NCBI GenBank assembly: GCA_028534125.1
Contig: CM052816.1
Coordinates: forward strand, 13,828,001-13,892,000
Direction of reading: 5' to 3'
Length of the DNA stretch: 64,000 bases
Source of the DNA: Lama glama
Taxonomy: Eukaryota
Shown here: in pieces, positions 24,169 to 37,240 of the stretch
Numbering within the stretch: position 1 is the first letter of the stretch
How the letters are laid out: each line of letters opens with the position of its first letter
Program-made: the position numbers and the translations under genes
Notes under the pieces: model-generated
Databases searched by the model: none
Told to the model about the DNA's origin: nothing
Seen by the model: only the letters and a program-made list of their open reading frames with translations

Positions 24169-27100
24169 GTGAGTCCTCACGTCAGAGTGACGCCCCACCG
24201 CAAAAATAATCCCCTCCGTTTTCCTTTGAGCAGGGGGACCGGATTCAGCGAAGTGAGGGTGAGTTCATGGGGCAGGTGGAGCACACTTTGGAGAAGAGTA
24301 GGGACTTTCAGAAGGTGAGAGAGCAGCCAGGAGGCCGTGTGGGGGGCAAGATCCCCCGACTCCCACCGCTCTCGCCCCGCCGCCCCCAGCCCTGCTGGCC
24401 TCCCTTCCGTGCCTCTGCTGCTCCACGCCCTGTCCTGCCTCTCGGGCTTCGGAGTTGCTGTTCCGCACGGAGGGCTTGCCCCCCACTTCTTCACAGGGCA
24501 GACCGCCTCATCCTGAAGGCCTGGCCTCTCATGTCAACTCCGCCAAGAGGCTTTCTCTGCTGGGGCTCCGCATCTCATCTCTGTCTCCTTCACGGCACTA
24601 GGCCTGGTCTGCTGTCATCTTGTCCATTCTTGACAAAAAGCTGCTACTGCTCCTCCTGCCCCAGAACGTAAGCCTCAGGAGGGCAGGACCTCGTCTGTCT
24701 GGTTCCCTGCTGGATCCCCAGGGCCCAGGGCAGGGCTGAGCCACACAGCAGGTGCTCAGTTTTTGTTGGTCCAACGAATGAAGGAGTCAATCGTTCAGTC
24801 TTGGACGTGGGAGAGCCAAGACCACGGACGGCAGTGGGACCTCCCATCCTCTGTCACTCCTCACGTCTCTAGAAAAGGGGCATGTTACCTCTGAAAGCAG
24901 CAAGTTTGCATCAAGGGTCTGACCCTGTCTCGGGCAGGCAGGCCCCTCGCAGTCCCCCCGGGACCCCGTGCTCCGTGCCAGCTGCTCTGGTTTTGTCGGC
25001 GTGGTCCCGTCTCTTTAGAGAACTTACTTTGGGAGCCTGGAAAAATCCAGCCGAGTTGTATTATTCATGCTCGTAGACGAGTAACTTCTTTTGGCTGATG
25101 GGCACCAAAGGCGGACAAGTGACGTCAGACACCCAGGAGGGAGACGCTGGCCCAGCGCGCTCTGGGCCTCGCACCCTCGGGGGTGGATGGGGCCGCTCAG
25201 CCCCCGCTTCGCCAGCGGTCTGATGGGCACGGAAGCAGCATCAATTAATCAGTGTGCGCGAAGTGCTGCGTCAGGACCTCGGGGGACACAGAGTTGCTAG
25301 AAAACGATGCTGTTCTTGCGCTTCCTCAGAATCCTCGTCAGAATTTAGAAAGGGCACCTGGAGGAGAGCTGAGGACGAAGGCTCCAGAGTCACTCCCTGG
25401 AGTCTACACAGCAAGCTGCAGCCCCCGGGAGAGCGGGTCCCTGGTTCGGGGTCACAGGCCCGGCTGGCCCCGGCTTCTCAGCCTCTATGCTAGGGCGGCA
25501 CTGAAGTTAGAGGAGCGCAATGTTCCTTCTTCAGCCTCCGCTGGTGTTTCGTGTTTGAAGTGGGGATGTTTCGAGTAGCAGAGATGAAGGCCAGCTTCAG
25601 AATGGTTTCTTCCCAAGGACAAAGTTCCCGCTCAGCTGGCTGCAAAGAACCTGGTGCTGTTCTCCCAGGTCGGGCCTGGGATGTCTCTGCCGAGGGCTGG
25701 GGACGCAGAGTTCTAAATTCCTCGGAAAGAGAGCTGCCACGGGGGACCAAGACGTCCCCTGACAGCTCCGACCCTGCCCCGTCTCTCTCATCAGCCTCTC
25801 CTTACGGCAGGGTGACAGGCTGGGGGCCGGATGGCAGGCAGCATGAGGGTCGGGGCTGCTCGGGGTTGAATTCTGGTGCTGACACGCAAGGCTGCGTGGC
25901 CCTGGCCACGTTCTGTAAGCTCTCCACGCCTATAAAAGAGAGGTCGTAATGGCCGCCACCCTGGGGGTGCTGACAGGACTATGCGAGTGCATACAGGTGA
26001 CGTCTATGCAAGGGGGAGTGTTAAATTATCGATCGCAGTCTTTACTCTCTCATAGGGCTGATTTAAGACTCAAGTGAGACAAAAATGTTTTAGTACATAA
26101 CGCACAGCCCACAGTGTTTGCTCAACAAAACATTAATTATTATTGCCGCTGACAAGCTTTGCAGTCTGGCTGTTTTTTTGGAAGCCTTCCTAAGAATGTA
26201 TTTGAACTAGAAAAAAATGGGTTTGGAACGTGAAGGTCACCTGGTGCCCTGCTGCTCCCCTGTCCATCTTTTTTTGTTCCAAGGGACCATTATCACCCTG
26301 TGCTCTTTCAGCACCTAAAACCCCCATGTCAGGAACGTAGAACTAGCCAAGAAAGGGTGCAGGCTCTGGGTTCAGCAGTTTTAAGCTGCAGGCGTTTGCA
26401 ACAAACAGTTGATGGAGTATTGACTTCATCAAGACTCCTTGCTCAGTTCCCAAGGAGGCTTTGGGATTCCCACCCTTCCGGTGGGTGTGCGACTCCTTGG
26501 TGCATGGACTCCTTCAAACTTTTGCTTGTGTCCCTCGGTTCTGGGCTCTGAGTTTAAATCCCTTGAAGGCTGACCCAGGATGAACGGGATGGTCTGCTAG
26601 AGGCTGTGAACTGAATGGCCATTTTGCATTCAGGCAGCCTGACGCCCCGCCCTCGTGAGTGACCTCGGGTAAGGAACTGGTCCTCTCTGTGTTCTGGTTT
26701 CCTTCTCTGCGAGAGCTCCTCTCTAGATGGGGTTGTGGAGGTTACTAGGGGGGCGTAGAGAGCTGCAGCTCTCTCTCTCCATACTTGCTGATTTCCTTCC
26801 CCTTCCTCTGTGGCCCTCCAGACCATCACAAAGAGGAGGATATGGAAAAACCCAGTGGTGATCAATGTTTTAGAGGTTTGCAAATATACCCTTGCACTAG
26901 GTGACCATGACCACATCACTTGGCTTCTGGAGCAGCACAGAGAGATGGATTACGGGAAAGGGTCCAGGTCACAGCCTGGAGGAGGGGCTGCTGGCAGCCC
27001 CCACGCTCAGCCCAGCCCATTCTTGACCACACAGACCAGGCCCAGAGGATGGATTTTCAGCCCGTAGCTCTCCTGGGTCGCCAGACTTCTCTCTAAGGCC

Positions 27101-27989
27101 TAAAGATTGATGGTCTCCCATCATGGAGGTGGACCCCTTCCTGACACACTCTGACCTTCCCCAGATGCCTGCCTACCTCCCACTGCGGCCTGAGGGTTTA
27201 ATACACATCTGGTTCTGGGTGGATCTAAATGCACACAGCGCAACCACGGGGAGTGTGTTTCCAAGGCAATGTCCGAGTTGTTTCTAGTGACCCATTGACC
27301 TGACCCTCCCAGCCTTGCTTTGCCCTATAACTGAGCCAAGATTTTGGAGGGCGGCTACACCTTGGGATGGCTGGCCGGGGTCCTGCTGTGGTGGGAGGTT
27401 CAGATCCCATGCTGGGATGGGCCCTGGGGAAGGTCAGGGGGAGGGTGAGCCAAAGCAGGCTTCGCTTCCACGTGGCCTCCTGCCTCCCTCTCTTCCTCTG
27501 ACAGCACAGCAGGGGTGTGGGGGCCCCTGCTTTAGGAGATGGAAAGCACAGCTCTTCTTAAAAAAACTACGACCAGCTCTTGCTCTAGGATGGAAGCATC
27601 TCTGAGCAGGTTAAGCCGTTTCGTACACTGCAGATCAAGAGGGAGACCTCCAGGAACTAATGAGGCATCCCACCTTCGTCAGACTCCAGCAGCCCCAAAG
27701 CCAGTGTTTTCCTGGAGGCGAGGTTGCTTCTTCTTCTTGGCTGGTCCCACATCCTGCTGGGCCTGCGCTGGCCAGCTCCTGTTTCTCATTATCTCTCCCC
27801 CATCCTCTTGAAAGGCTTCTCACTCCACCCAGGGGGTTTATTTTTAAACCTGCACAGTAATGCGAGGGCTGAGCAGGACACACTGGCCACAGGCACAGGG
27901 GACCTGGGCTGCTGGGAGAAGCACCCTTCTTTTCAGAGACTCCCCCTCTCCCGTCCTTCTGTCTGCATTGGGCACCTTCTCCATGAGGG

Positions 27990-28690
27990 GCCCTGCCCTG
28001 AGGATACAACAGTGAAGAGACAGACATGGTCCCTGCCTTTGAAGAGCTCACATTCTTATGAGGCAGAGGAGTAGGGGACAGAGTATACATGTTCACATAC
28101 ACACACACACCCAAGTAAGCTCACCAATAAAGAAAATAAGCAGAAATTGTGATGAGATCTACAAAGGAAATAAGTAGGTACTGGAACAAGAGAAGCTGTT
28201 ATAAATTAGGCGGGAAGGGCAGGGTGCTCTAAGGTGGCACTGGAGCAGAGATCAGAAGACCAAGGCGCTCCAGGCACGCAAAAAGGATGGGTAAAGACTA
28301 TTCTTCACAGAGGGAATAACTGGCAATAAGGCCCCGAGGTGGGCAAGAGCTTGCATGTTCTAGAATCTAGCAGAAGTCCAGGACACCTCAAGCAGCGTGG
28401 GCAAAGCGGGGAAGGGTTGAGATGAGACTACAGAGGTGAATAGGGACCAGATCATGCAGAGTGCAGGCATGCAGAGTTTGGGCTCTATTCTGAATGCACC
28501 GGAAAGCCACTGGGGGATTAGAATTAGAGGTGACACGTGACAATGGGCATTTTAAGACCGTCATTTGGTCCTTAGTGGAGATTTGACTCTAAGAGGGGCC
28601 AGAGGGAAGGCAGGGTATGAGCTAGGAAGACTGCGAGCCATGGAGAAAGGAGACAATGGGGGCTGAGGCTGGAGTGAGGCAGCACCACCA
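27990..28690 (-). mobile_element. L2 fragment
   Basis: ACAGACATGGTCCCTGCCTTTGAAGAGCTCACATTCT...GGGACCAGATCATGCAGAG...GGAAAGCCACTGGGGG. Confidence 0.8.
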
Positions 28691-29579
28691 CCAGAAACAG
28701 GCTGCCTCTTGCAAGGATTAGCCGGCTACTGGACAACTTGCTTTCAAGGAGCTCAGGGAGCAGAGCTAGTCAGAGCTGGTCAGTATAAGCAGCGGAGTGT
28801 TGACCTCCTAGTGCCTCTAACCAGCCATGTTTATTAGGTTTCCAAGCACAGGTAAGATCTTTGTCCAACACTGGCTCCCAAGGGTTTGTGAAAGGTGTAG
28901 AAATCCTCTGGTCTCTCCTCATACCACGGCAGCCCTCTGTCCTTTACAGCTTTGGCTATGAGGCCAAATGCCTTTGACTGAGTGATCTCACCTATATGCG
29001 AATCTCAAAGATGACTTTAAACGCCCGAATGCCCTAAACAGTGGTCCCTGCTCTCCAAGAGAAACACAGCTACGTTCTACTCCTTGGAAGAAAGGAGATA
29101 GAAGACGAAACAGAACAGAAACGTAGCCATTCTACATAGAGTAATAGTAGTAATCGTTCTTCTCTGTTGGATACTTCAAGGCATTTTACTTTTAACTCAT
29201 TTAATTGTCCAAAAGGCCGATGAGGGCGGTACCACTTTTAATCCTTTTTACTGACGCTTAGAGGGAAGAGAAGTGATGTCCGGTGGTAGAAGCAGCAGTC
29301 AGGGCCCCGAGGCTGGTCGGCCTCCTCTGCCAGGACCCCTAACTACGTCCCAGGGAAAGACGGCTGTCTGCTTTGGTCACCCCTGTGTTATGAGGCGGCG
29401 TAGACAGAGACCTGAAGGAGATCATTCTGAACACCAGCAGAACAGGGAGATGAGCTACTTTGCTTTCTTTTTTGTTTTTAGTTTTTTTTAAAGTGTTTTG
29501 AGTACACAGAGCTAGGTACACAGTGGATTCTCAAAAACTAACTGTATAATGAAGTTGCCGAGTTAATGAGGATGCATTA

Positions 29580-30050
29580 CTTAGAATTTATTTTTAGATA
29601 ACTAATACATTTCATTATAGGGAATGTAAGAAATATCAGAAAATACAATTTAGGAAAATAAAAATTTAGCTATCATCGAGAGCTAATCATTGTTAAAATA
29701 TTGGCAATATTGATTAATAGCATTCCAGTTCTCTTCCTGTGTTTATGTATGTCTCTGTCTGTCTGTCTGTCTGTCTACCTATCTTTCTACGCATGTGTGT
29801 GTATGTGAAACAAAAATGGGATTGTACTGTATGTATAGACTTTTAACTTACTTTTTCACTTAGCAACATATCATGGGCATTCTCCATTCCATTTAATTTT
29901 CTCCCAAAACAGAATTTTTAATGATGGCACTGTCTTCTGCTATAATTTATTAATGAGTCCTTTATTATTGGATATTCAGTTTATGGTCACTATTATTAGT
30001 AATGCCTATTGAACTTCCTTCTCTAAAAACATTTATGCATAGCTCTGTTG
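29580..30050 (-). mobile_element. Old L1 (L1ME-like) 3' fragment
   Basis: AAAAATGGGATTGTACTGTATG...TTTTTCACTTAGCAACATATCATGGGCATT...TATTGGATATTCAG. Confidence 0.6.
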
Positions 30051-30289
30051 CTATTAAGGAGGAGAGGACATTGTATATTGAAATACAAAAGGGAGAAAGG
30101 CACCTCCTTTTAGGGTTCTTTTGGGGAAGCCAATCATGTTTCTTGCATCTGCCCTTTAGAATCACTTAAAGTGGACGAGATGGCATCTAGAATGTTCCTC
30201 ATTTTCCCAGGCCTGGTCATTAATCACAAGGATGTTTTTGGTGCAATTTTGCCGCAATAGAGGAAAGTTAAGAAAAATCCAGCTTGTGG

Positions 30290-30500
30290 CTAAAATGTTG
30301 GCCCTGAGTTCAGACAACTAGATTTAAATTCCAATCCTACCCCTCACCAGCTCTGTGATCCCTGACGGGTTCATTTCTCTGAGCCTCAGTTTCCCCGTGT
30401 GAAAATGGCATACACCTCAGAGGATGGAATGAGGTGAAACAGGTCACGCTTCCCCAGCATCTGCCCGTACGGAACACGTGCTCAGGAAATGGTGATCAGT
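30290..30500 (+). mobile_element. MIR SINE
   Basis: CTCTGAGCCTCAGTTTCCCCGTGTGAAAATGG core. Confidence 0.75.
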
Positions 30501-31425
30501 ATCATCAGAAAGGTCGAGGAAGACGTTCCTGACACATTCAGTGCTTTGGAAACCTCCCTCCCACCCTACACTATAGGATCCAAAGAATTTAACACTCACT
30601 CAACATACCTTCTAGCTCTATTGCCCTTTTACCCTCTGTGCACGCATGTGAGCACGCACGTGTGTGTACAAAAGTCTAAACTGTTAAAAAAAGATTAACT
30701 TTTTCCCTCCCTTGCTAAGAACCAGGTCTGCTGGATTAGAGACATATTTAAATTCTGTTGTTCACAGCTACATCAGGAACGGAGCTTTTCTTTCCATTTT
30801 GCCAGCTGTGTTTTATAACTGTCTATCTTAAAATAAAAACAAAGCAGACCGAATAAAAAAAAAAAACCAGGACTGTCTACATCCATCCTAAATTGCTCTC
30901 AGTTTTAAATAACAAAACAAAGACTATCTAACCCCTGAACACAGACCACAGAAAGAACGAACCTGACATACATCATATACACTGTTTGTTAAGAAAGACA
31001 CGCTATTGGCACACAGTAGGTGCTCACTGAACCTTGTTGAATATACTTACTGAATATATGTTTTCCTTATAAACAGCCAGCTGTTGAGATATAAATCAGT
31101 ATGTTCAGTTCATCTAAATACTGTCAGAGCCTATTTGGAGCGGCTGAAGAAGATGGTAGATGATGAAATGACCAGATGACTTTTGAGTTTGCAAACTGAG
31201 TGTTGGGAAACTTTCTCCTCCTAATTCATGGCCCTTGAAATATGCTTATGATCTTGGTGGAATTGTGTAGGGATTTCTCTAACCTGCCATCCAGAGGAGC
31301 ACGTGTGATAAAGCACTTCTGATCACCAGGCCAGGTTTTCCCATTTTTGTCTAAATATGAGAAATGTGCAGAAAAATCTTAGTGTATGTGTAATAGTGTA
31401 TCCTCAATGTCAAAATGGCTCTAGA

Positions 31426-31517
31426 AAATGAATATATGTATGTATATGCATGACTGGGACATTGTGCTGTACACCAGAAATGGACACATTGTAACTGACT
31501 GTACTTCAATTTTTTAA
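31426..31517 (+). mobile_element. Short 5'-truncated young L1 tail with perfect 14-bp TSD
   Basis: AATATATGTATGTATATGCATGACTGGGACATTGTGCTGTACACCAGAAATGGACACATTGTAACTGACTGTACTTCAA, flanked by AAAATGGCTCTAGA at 31412-31425 and 31518-31531. Confidence 0.9.
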
Positions 31518-31689
31518 AAAATGGCTCTAGAGATCACAGATAACCCATCTGATTTTAAGGCAACCTGACACGGGGCCAAGATCTTAATTGCAGGGCAAAC
31601 CCCTGAAGTCAGATAATTACAAGGCATCCTGTAATTTCCAAGTACATCACTGGATGTGGTGCAAACGCCAGTACCTTCTGCTCTCAGGT

Positions 31690-32350
31690 ATTCATTTCTT
31701 CATATGTTTACTGGTGTCGGCTGAGGGCCTTTTGTGCATGAGAGATCAAGCCATGGGAAGTTCAAGGAGCAGACATGTTCTGCTCTCAAGACGTCATCAG
31801 CCAATGGAGGGGAGAGACAAACCGACAACTGGATGGAATCTTAGAATGAATGAAATAATTGCTAGGCGAAGCGCTGTACTATGGATCCTTGAAGAAAGGA
31901 AAGACCTTTTCTACCGGGGAGATCAGGGAAGGCTTTGCAGCAGAGGTAGCATTGGATGCGGGCCTTGAAAGAGAAGAACTGTAGCTGGTAGAGATTGGAA
32001 GGGAAGGGCCATCCAGGCTGAGGGAGCAGCACGAACCAGCTCATGAAGACCTGGGCGTAACTGATGTCGCACAGGAAGGTGGGGGGGGGTGCCCACATGG
32101 CTCAGATCAGGGAGGACATAGTGGAAGGTGAGGCTTGTCAGACAAGATTGGGGGTCACAGAAACGCTTTACCAAGGACTCCGGGCCTTAATGTCTGGGAA
32201 GTGGGAAGGGATGGAAGGCTTCTGATGATGGAAGGTTGTCCAGTGCAGCTCTTCCTTTAGAAGGACTGGGTGGCCGTGTGGAGAAGTCACTGGAACATCT
32301 ACGCTGGGGGGCAGGAGACCAATCCTGAGGCTCTGGCTTCTGTTTTCCAT
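31690..32350 (-). mobile_element. L2 fragment
   Basis: ATTCATTTCTTCAT...AGACATGTTCTGCTCTCAAG...GATCAGGGAAGGCTTTGCAG...GGAAGGGATGGAAGG. Confidence 0.7.
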
Positions 32351-33569
32351 CTCTTCAACCTCTTCGCAGCTTTGGACAGCGTGGCCCAGAGGCAGCCTCC
32401 CCTCTGAGTGCCGTGATCCTGTACCTTTGGGCCCCAGTCTCCTGTGATGTCTCCTCTGAGATCTCTGAGGGTCTCTGGGAATGTGGGGTGTCTCGTGGGG
32501 TGGCTGCCTCTGTCCGCCTCTCTCTTCAGGCCCCTGGTTATTCTCCCTTGAAGCTCCCATCTCTCCCCTCTGCTCCGACCCTCCCGCATCTGCCTCCAAT
32601 TCTGGCTTCTCATCAGAGCTCCATCATCAGGGCTGCCGGACTCTCAGCTCTGAACGGATGGTGCCTCCCACTCTCCCCCCACCCTGGCTGCAGCCCACTG
32701 CATGGTGCCCTCTGCACCTGCTCTGCTGACTCTGCTCCTCCTGGTTCTGCCCGCCCTCCCTTCCACTCCTCAGTCCTCCCCACCCACGCCCTCAGCTATC
32801 TCTGACTACTCCTTTGCTGAGTTCCTGGCATTTGCCAAATCCTCTTCACACTCCTCCCCAAGTGACTTTAGACCCATGCCCTCCCTCCTATCCTCAAGGC
32901 TCTACTTTGGGATCTTTTGTCTATTTCAGCTCAGCAAGTATTTGCTGAGCAACCAGGGATCTTGCTGGCAATACAGCAGTGCGGAGGAAGCACACGGCCC
33001 CTGTCCTGAATATTAAGCAAGGGCTTGAACACTGATGAATTTTTCAGAGATGGGAATGCAGAGCAAGTGCCTCTCAGCCTCTGCTCTGCCTCTGCCTCTG
33101 CCTAGCCCTCCCCAACCCCCACCAAGATTTTCCTATAAAATGTTACCAGAAGCATCTTCCCAATTCCCTTCTCAAAAATCTCCACTAGCTCCCCTCTGCT
33201 TGCAGACAGCAGTCTCCACTCCGGGATGGCACCATCTGGGGTGCTCGATGGTCTGGCTCTAGGGTGCACTGACCTGAGCATCCCAGACGCCCCTTACGCA
33301 GCGGCACCAGTCTCTCATGCCGGGACCAGACCACTTCTACCCGCCCTCGCCCCGGCCTCTGTCCTGGCTGCCCCTTTATTCCGCGTCCACATGTGTGAAG
33401 CTGTTTGTCTTGTAGCTGAGCTGCTACAGCTTCCAGTAAATCCTCCCAGACCTCTTCTCCCCGCCGCCTTTGGCACCTTCCTCACAGCACTCATCGCAGT
33501 CCGTCTTACTTACAGTTCTGCTTCTTACTTTCCATCAAGGACAGGGAACTTATCGGATTCATCCTGAAT

Positions 33570-33790
33570 AATCGTCACAACAAAGATAACAGGCGAGGCT
33601 ACGAGATGCTTTCTATGTGCCAGGAGTGGTGCTAGGTGCTTTTATTTGCGCTACCACGTTGCGTCCTCATGATGAGCATGTGGGGTGGGCACCCTTTAAA
33701 GGCGGCGTAACTGATGCTCAGAGAAGTGAACTGACTCCCAGGAAGCCTGATTTCAGAGCTCATGCCCTTGACCTCAACGCCACCTGTTAT
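33570..33790 (-). mobile_element. MIR SINE
   Basis: CTATGTGCCAGGAGTGGTGCTAGGTGCTTT...AACTGATGCTCAGAGAAGTGAA. Confidence 0.7.
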
Positions 33791-36700
33791 GCCCTCCCTG
33801 TGTCTTGTCAGGTCTCTGTACTTAATAGCTCCTTAGTAGGGGTGGCTCTGGGACAGTGCAGCCCAGAGCAGCGTCCTCAGGGTCGTACTGCAAGTCACAA
33901 TCACCGACAGGTGGCAGATGCAGGACGTTTAATGGCGCACCTGCTCTCACGTGCACATAGCAACGTGAAGCAGAGACGGCTTTTAAAGGAGAGCTAAGCA
34001 TCTTTGACTGATTCAGAGGCAGAGGGTTACATGGAGGCTTGTTGAACCCAGAATGATTGAATTTGCTTAGATTTGGGTGGTGACATGCTGCATGCACAGC
34101 CCTGTTGGACCAGGCATCCAAAGCAGAGCACTTTCCTTTCACACCCGCACCCCCCCCCCACCGCTGCTTCTCGGCTGAGCCCAAGAGGAGGTCATTCACG
34201 AGGGGAACACTCTCTCCCCTTCACTGCACTGGGCCTGTCTGCTTCCGTAAGGGGAGTGGTGGGGAGCCCTGGCCCTCCCCGCGGGCCTGCCCTGCTCCGC
34301 TCCAGACAGACCTGCCTTTGTGAGCAGGGCGGGCAGGCGGGCAGGCACGGCTTGGCACCCCAAGTCCTGGGAGCAGGGCCAGAGGGGAGAACTGGGACAG
34401 GGAGGCTGGGAAAGGGGAAGGGCCGCCTTCCCAGAGGCCCGGACACGGCAGCCGCCACCAGGCTGGCCGGGCGCTTCCTCCGTTCCCTTCTGGGATGAAC
34501 GCGGCGGGTGCTCACCTGGGAGAGCCTGTGGGAATGGAGCCCCAGGCTCCAAAGCCTGACGGTGTCAGCACTTTGGCCTTCCAGGGCTCCCCAAAAGAAA
34601 ACATCTGCAGCGTGGGGCATTTGGGAGTGTGAGGGCATCGCTCCTGCCTTCCCACGGCCACTGCCCCCAGTGGCCCAGGAGGGGCTCCGAGGAGGGGGCC
34701 CTCTCTCGCTTTCCCTCTTCACCAGACAAGTCTGGCTCATCTTGCCATCCTGTAGACACCTTTATATGCCACTCTGGGATCCATATCCTGGCTTAACTGC
34801 CACATGTCTTTCTCTGAACACATCGGAGGATGCGCAGAGAGGCAGACAGACTGTAAAGTAACACGCCGTGGCTTCTACTCTGATTCAACGATGCCACGTC
34901 GCTGCCGCTGCGTTTTGTGAAATCTTACATCCGACCTCCTCCAGCCCATTGCACCAGGTCCTTAAGATTTTCGAGTGAGCAGAAACAAGTCTTGAGGAGT
35001 TGGGACTTTTTTTTGACATGCCCCTTAAACCACAAGAGTCATTCTGTTATAAACACAGTGAACACTCCTAATTCCGCAGCTGCCCCAAGGGGCAGGGCCC
35101 ACAGTGCTGCTCCAGATTCACCCTGTGATACAGACCTGGAAGGGGAGCCAGGGGCTGTTCGACTGACAAAGTCTGAGCCTTTATCAGATGCCATGCCACA
35201 GTGCAGCGGCCGGAGTTCCACTGGAATCTCCCACAGCCAGGCTGCACACAAAAGTCTGGGTTTTCCTGACCCCGGATTTGGTGCAGCGAGACAGGCCAGT
35301 TAGAGAACAAGGCAGATTACAGGAAAGACAGTCTCACCTCAAAAGAGAAAAGTTTGCCAGAGAGCCAACCTGGGGAAAAGACGTTAGCTCCATCTTCCGT
35401 GCTCACGAAATGATAAGAAAGATAAGAGCTCAAGAAAGGGATCGGCCAAGCCTGTGCACCCATGACACTCTGCAGCCTCCCCCGAGGAAAAGCTGGTTTG
35501 TGGTGCTTGAAGAGGAAGGCTGTGTGATGCCCTCAGCACTGTGAGATGCTTTGGATGGGAGAGACCAAGGAAGGGCATGTGAGTTACTAATGTTATAAAC
35601 GTAAAGCTTGATTAATTTTGATACATAAGACTCATGAGGTGAAATAGGTCTCTTGGGATTCTAGACAACGAAGCAGGACCCAGGCTGACCACTATCACCC
35701 CTTTTCCTATACAAGAACTATCATTTTGCCATAAAAGTTCAGGGCATGTTGCAAACTGGAAATAGTGCACTGCCATATGACTTTTTATTTATGTCTACCA
35801 CTATACAAAGTCAGAGCCTTTGGAAAAAAGCTGCATTAGAAAGAAAACGTAAAAAACTTAGCTTTCTTTATCATCCATGAATTGTTAATTGATGAAATTT
35901 GGGGCTAAATACTTTCTAATCTAAAGCAAAGAAGATCTTGAGAGGCAAGCTATTAGAGATTTGGTGTCAAATGTAAAGATTAAAGTCACTGGCATTTTAA
36001 AAATTACTAATAGATCAACATACTAGCTAACTGTTTGCACCAAAAATAGTTTGAAAAGAAGTCACAACAGACTCTGAGAGCAACATACAAGGCCTCTTCC
36101 ATCCTTTTTTCTTATCTTGGTTAATATGATCTTATAAGAAAGTCGGTTGTACAGATAAAGGTATAAAGTCATAAAGTTTGACGATTAACATGGATGCATA
36201 TAAATGCATATGCACTCTGGCAAATATAAAATATTAAGTTAATTCCAATTCGATAGGTATGATATTTATGCATGTTTCCCTAAGGTACCCTTGATTCAAA
36301 TGTTCTGAATGTGATAAAAATGTTAAATAGCTTACTGAAAGCCTGTGCAAATGATAAATGAACATGCTAGATGAAAACCGATGCCTTTAGGAAAATAAAA
36401 AAAAGATTTATTAGGTAGAAGTGAGAAGTTTTGAGAAAAACATGCTATTTACATAGATCAGGGGGTTCCAGCAAGGACAGAGGCAGACAGCTGGGTGAAG
36501 TGAGCAAGAGGAGACAGGAAGATGAACTGACGGAGGATAGATTTGTCAGGGAAGATTTTGGGTCGTTAACTGCTTGGGCCAAACCCCTGCCAGGGTTTGT
36601 GGTGCTGTTTTCCAAGGGGGAGCGAGCCAGCCCTCCTTCCAGGAAAAACAGGTCCTTAAGTAACATGTCCAGGGTCCTGAGGAGGGCAGTGCTGGGGGGA

Positions 36701-36959
36701 GCTCAGAAAGGAGGGGGGGGAGGGGGAAGCAGTGAAGCGGGAGGGGCAGGGTTCAAGGTGAGGCTGTGGGAGGCTGCGGTCCCACCCACCATCACAGAGC
36801 ATGAGGGCTGATTTGGGTTCTGAGATCCCGTCCCCACTGGGAATCTGAGATGGATGTTTGCAGTGGGGCTCCGGAGGTAGCTCAGGAATGAAAATAAGCC
36901 TTTTAAGAAAATGTAATCTTGTTACATACGGGAACATTAATTATCTGTATCATCATCAT

Positions 36960-37240
36960 CATCATCTAACATTCACACAAAGCAGCACTGTGCTAAGTAA
37001 GCACTTCCTGTAACTTTCTGTCACTTTATTCTCACAACCACCCTGGGAGTGCGGGGAATATTGTCATCCCCCGGGCAGAGCAGAGGAAACTGAGGTTCAG
37101 AGAGATGACGTTGTTTAGCCCGGGTCTCACTTCGCGTGGGAGCCAAGCCAAGGCTTGCCCTCCAGGGCCTGGCCCCCAGCTGAGGCAGAAGAGAGCGACG
37201 CCAGGCATAGACAGAGCCGTGAATCCAGCACAAAACACCT
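36960..37240 (-). mobile_element. MIR SINE
   Basis: ATTCTCACAACCACCCTG...GAGGAAACTGAGGTTCAGAGAG. Confidence 0.75.
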
